From Lingula anatina (lineage: Eukaryota > Animalia > Brachiopoda), in contig CM120641.1 of NCBI GenBank assembly GCA_051362555.1, positions 34,726,401 through 34,790,400 on the forward strand: a stretch of DNA of 64,000 nt, written 5' to 3'. The position numbers and the translations under genes were made by a program. Positions 61,001 to 64,000 of the stretch are shown here, one piece after another. Position 1 is the first letter of the stretch; every line of letters begins with the position of its first letter. The notes under the pieces were generated by a model. That model saw only the letters and a list, made by a program, of their open reading frames with translations, did no database searches and was not told where the DNA came from.

Positions 61001-64000
61001 TGGAGTGTTCATGCCCTTAATTATAAGTGAACTTCATCTTAATCAAAGGCCTTAATAATTCATACATGCCCAGGCAAAATTTATTAATTAAGGTACATAT
61101 ATAATAACTTACCAGTGCCAATGCCATCAAACAAAGACAGGACTGTCACTGCACGCCTTGGAAGAAAGTCAGAGATGTTTGGGGCCTGAAATTCAGATAT
61201 AAAATAATATGATCATGATATAATCAAGGATAGCACCTGACATAATTGACTCTAGTTATGCAAGTATTCTAGGGTTCTGATATCGTAAGTGTATTGATAC
61301 CAAATATCTTTTTATAGCAACACAATTCCCTCGTAGGTTTAAAGTGCCATTTCTCTACATAAAATGAAACAAATAATTAAATAAAACAAATAAATAAATA
61401 AATCAGCATCAAAGTAGCAATAAATGTGTGAAAAGTTATTTTAACTACCTCTATCTCTCTTTGGAAAATGATTACCTTTGGACATTAGGAAAACTTTTGT
61501 GTTAATGGCAATTTAAATATCAACAAGGACATTTAAATACATTCCATACATGTACCTGAACTGTGCTGCTAGGCTGATATAATTTCATAATATTTTGCTG
61601 CCAGTCTAATTTTCTCTGTAGTAAACCATGTGTCTCTTGGGCATATTCACTGCACATATAACAAACCCACATCTCTTTTTCGCTCAAAATTTTGGTGCTT
61701 CCCTCTCCTACCAGAGATTCAATGCATCTGGTACAGTATACCCTAAGAATGGAAATGTGATTGTACATTGCCCCATGGACAACATATGATTTTTGACATA
61801 TCCCATACACCTGAATAAAGCAAAGTCATTCTCAAAGACTGTCACGATAAAAGCTTGCATGTTTATTGAACTTTAATATCTGAAATGTAATTTTTTATGC
61901 CCCTGAAAAATGTTCAACTAGATACATCATCTAAAATAGAAAGTTATGATGAAAAGTAGGCTTTTTTATGATTCTTAGAGCTAATAAACACAGCTAAAAT
62001 GAGATTCTCTGCATCCATTCCAATACAGTAATAGGTACATTAGGTATGTCCAAATAAAAGAAAATCTGTATAATAATAGAAGGAGATTGTGGAGACAGAT
62101 AACCATCACCTGTTACAATCCTCAACATCACACACGAATAACACACCGCCATTTCCACAGATGATACAATACGTCAAACTGCCATCTTCTCCATAAGCAA
62201 ACATGGTCACACGCAGCTCTTCCTAGAAAGATAAATAATAAATTCTTCAAGACAATGTCATGGCAATTATATACTGAAAGAAAAAGTTGTATGGTTAAAC
62301 ATGTAAAGTAATGGAAATGACTCACACTGAAGTGACAACATTTGGCTAATTAGTTGTTGACATATCTTACTAGTACATTACAATTAACTCCAATAGGTGA
62401 CTTCACATCAGAGTCTAAATCTTAGAAACCATTCCCAGAGACTATTGTACTAACTTTGGATCGAACTATCTCCAGGGGGAAAACTTATAGGGGGTAATTA
62501 ACTATCATTTAGCAGCTTTAGTAGGCGTATACGTACCAGAGATCTAAGCCATTTGAGCTGAAAGTAATTTAGCGAGAGACCCTGTGGTGATGGACCGATC
62601 CTGTTATATCGATCTAGGGATGGGAACCCATTCTTAATCATGTAGGCCATGGGCGACACTTCAATCATAAACCCACATTTCCATCCAATGGTAAATATAA
62701 AGAAGGTTGGGATTGAGCCATTCACAATAGGGTAATTGCATAGGGTAATTGTAATATTAGCCACTGTCAAGGCATCGCCTTGGTCATAAATCTATAATGT
62801 CACATTTCAATTTTTTTCCCCTTAATCTTTTAATACAAACCTCACAATCTTCACAGAGCCCTCCATTGAAGTAAGGATGCTGCCCTACTATTTCTTTCTG
62901 ATCATCACAGGCAATACATACATCTTGAAAAAAAAAAAAAACAAAAAAATTGTTGTCAAGTTTTTGTTTTATTAAAATCAATATTGAAAATTAAAATTTA
63001 TTTTTCAAACATTCTTTTTCTCTAGTCTTAAAAAGATGTCTTGAGCAATGGCAAAAGCATGTATACGTATGATGGTACAAAAACAAGAAACAACAGAAAC
63101 AACTTTCTTGTCAAAGAAGTTATATTACAAAAGTTTACAAATACATGTAGTTAGAAAAAGTATGCATGCTTGCTGTTGATTGTGTGTGCAGCAGGTGTGC
63201 AGTATTATTTAAAGGCAATGTTAATACTAACCCTTCATGAAAATATAAAATGCAGTGAAAAGTTGGGCACATGCAACTATTCAAATTCATATGTGAAACA
63301 TAGATATTGCTCACACCTTGCATCTCTTTTAAATGATGCACTGAAAATAAAAGTAATGCATGCTATTGTTTAAATCAATTTAGACAGCCAAATTTATAAA
63401 ACTCTTTTTCACTAATACATTGATGTCAGGGTACTTTTTGGTTTACAGATCATAGGTGTTATATGTGGACATGCCCTAGATAATCCCTGGAGACTTAGGG
63501 AAATTAAGGGGGGGCAGTCTCACTGAACTGTACCTTCTATCCTTATTGTGCCATTCCTCACACTGTCCAATACAGAGTCTAAAATATCAAAGTCAGATAT
63601 AAGCAGTAGAAGATTTTAATTAAAATGTCAAAGTTTGCTGTGAAAATGTTGGCTTGTGAAACTAAAAATATATAACCAGGGTGCTAGTTAACACACACAC
63701 ACATGCGCGCCTTACACATGATCTAAACATAAACATCTTTAAAAATGGATATAATTTATGTGGTATTAAATCTACATTGATATGAGGATTGATGCAGTAA
63801 AAAATATTTACAGTGTAGTACCTGGGACAATTATAATAAAATGTTTATTAAGATGCTTAGTATTCTCCTTTTCATACTAATAAACATTGTAATTTCACAC
63901 CAATCTTTAAATATGCTATGGTCTTTACTGAACAAGATAATAAAACATTTAAACACTTCTGAAGAATAACTATTTGTCCTACCTTTTTTCTTCTTATCAG
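58006..64000 (-). CDS. DNMT3: De novo DNA (cytosine-5) methyltransferase DNMT3, ADD and catalytic domains; exons >64000-63983, 63578-63534, 62923-62841, 62222-62110, 61742-61556, 61185-61113, 60573-60428, 60176-60086, 59852-59707, 59385-59300, 58798-58720, 58453-58338, 58150-58006
   Basis: ADD cysteines ([30 protein letters not shown]); motif [12 protein letters not shown]; motif [15 protein letters not shown]; motif VI FWLFENV; motif [15 protein letters not shown]; [11 protein letters not shown]; [25 protein letters not shown]. Phases agree; the last intron is GC-AG. The 5' end is outside the window. Confidence 0.95.

Noticed and set aside
17629-64000. MOV10 plus DNMT3 as a genome-defence gene cluster
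   Set aside because: They are 38 kb apart with unrelated genes between, and MOV10 appears partial; nothing beyond proximity supports it.

Overview
This is AT-rich eukaryotic (animal, probably marine invertebrate/lophotrochozoan) genomic DNA with spliceosomal introns, so most entries in the ORF track are spurious or are single exons. Genes rebuilt by hand from splice sites and reading frames: (i) the last four coding exons of a MOV10 RNA helicase (-, 17629-19643), whose upstream exons I could not find; (ii) two convergent paralogues of a divergent IDO/PrnB-superfamily heme enzyme, each with three coding exons (+ 27767-29718; - 40616-42692); (iii) a complete 7-exon mARC/MOSC gene (+ 45451-56136); (iv) the ADD and catalytic part of DNMT3 (-, 58006 to beyond 64000). 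Mobile DNA includes a non-autonomous LTR element with a CACTA/EnSpm-type element inside its 5' LTR (itself holding a MITE), a Helentron-type (HINE) element with a higher-order satellite in mARC intron 2, Tc1 and DIRS relics, and several MITEs. Two things stand out. The first is a minus-strand unit at about 7.2-13.5 kb with a well-spaced TATA/Inr, 13 tandem 52-nt micro-exons each with its own 79-80 nt intron, and then 17 copies of a different 52-nt repeat that is open in all three frames. The second is the IDO-like gene pair, with altered active-site motifs, hydrophobic C-terminal tails and patchy gene conversion. All homology calls come from remembered motifs, not from database searches.
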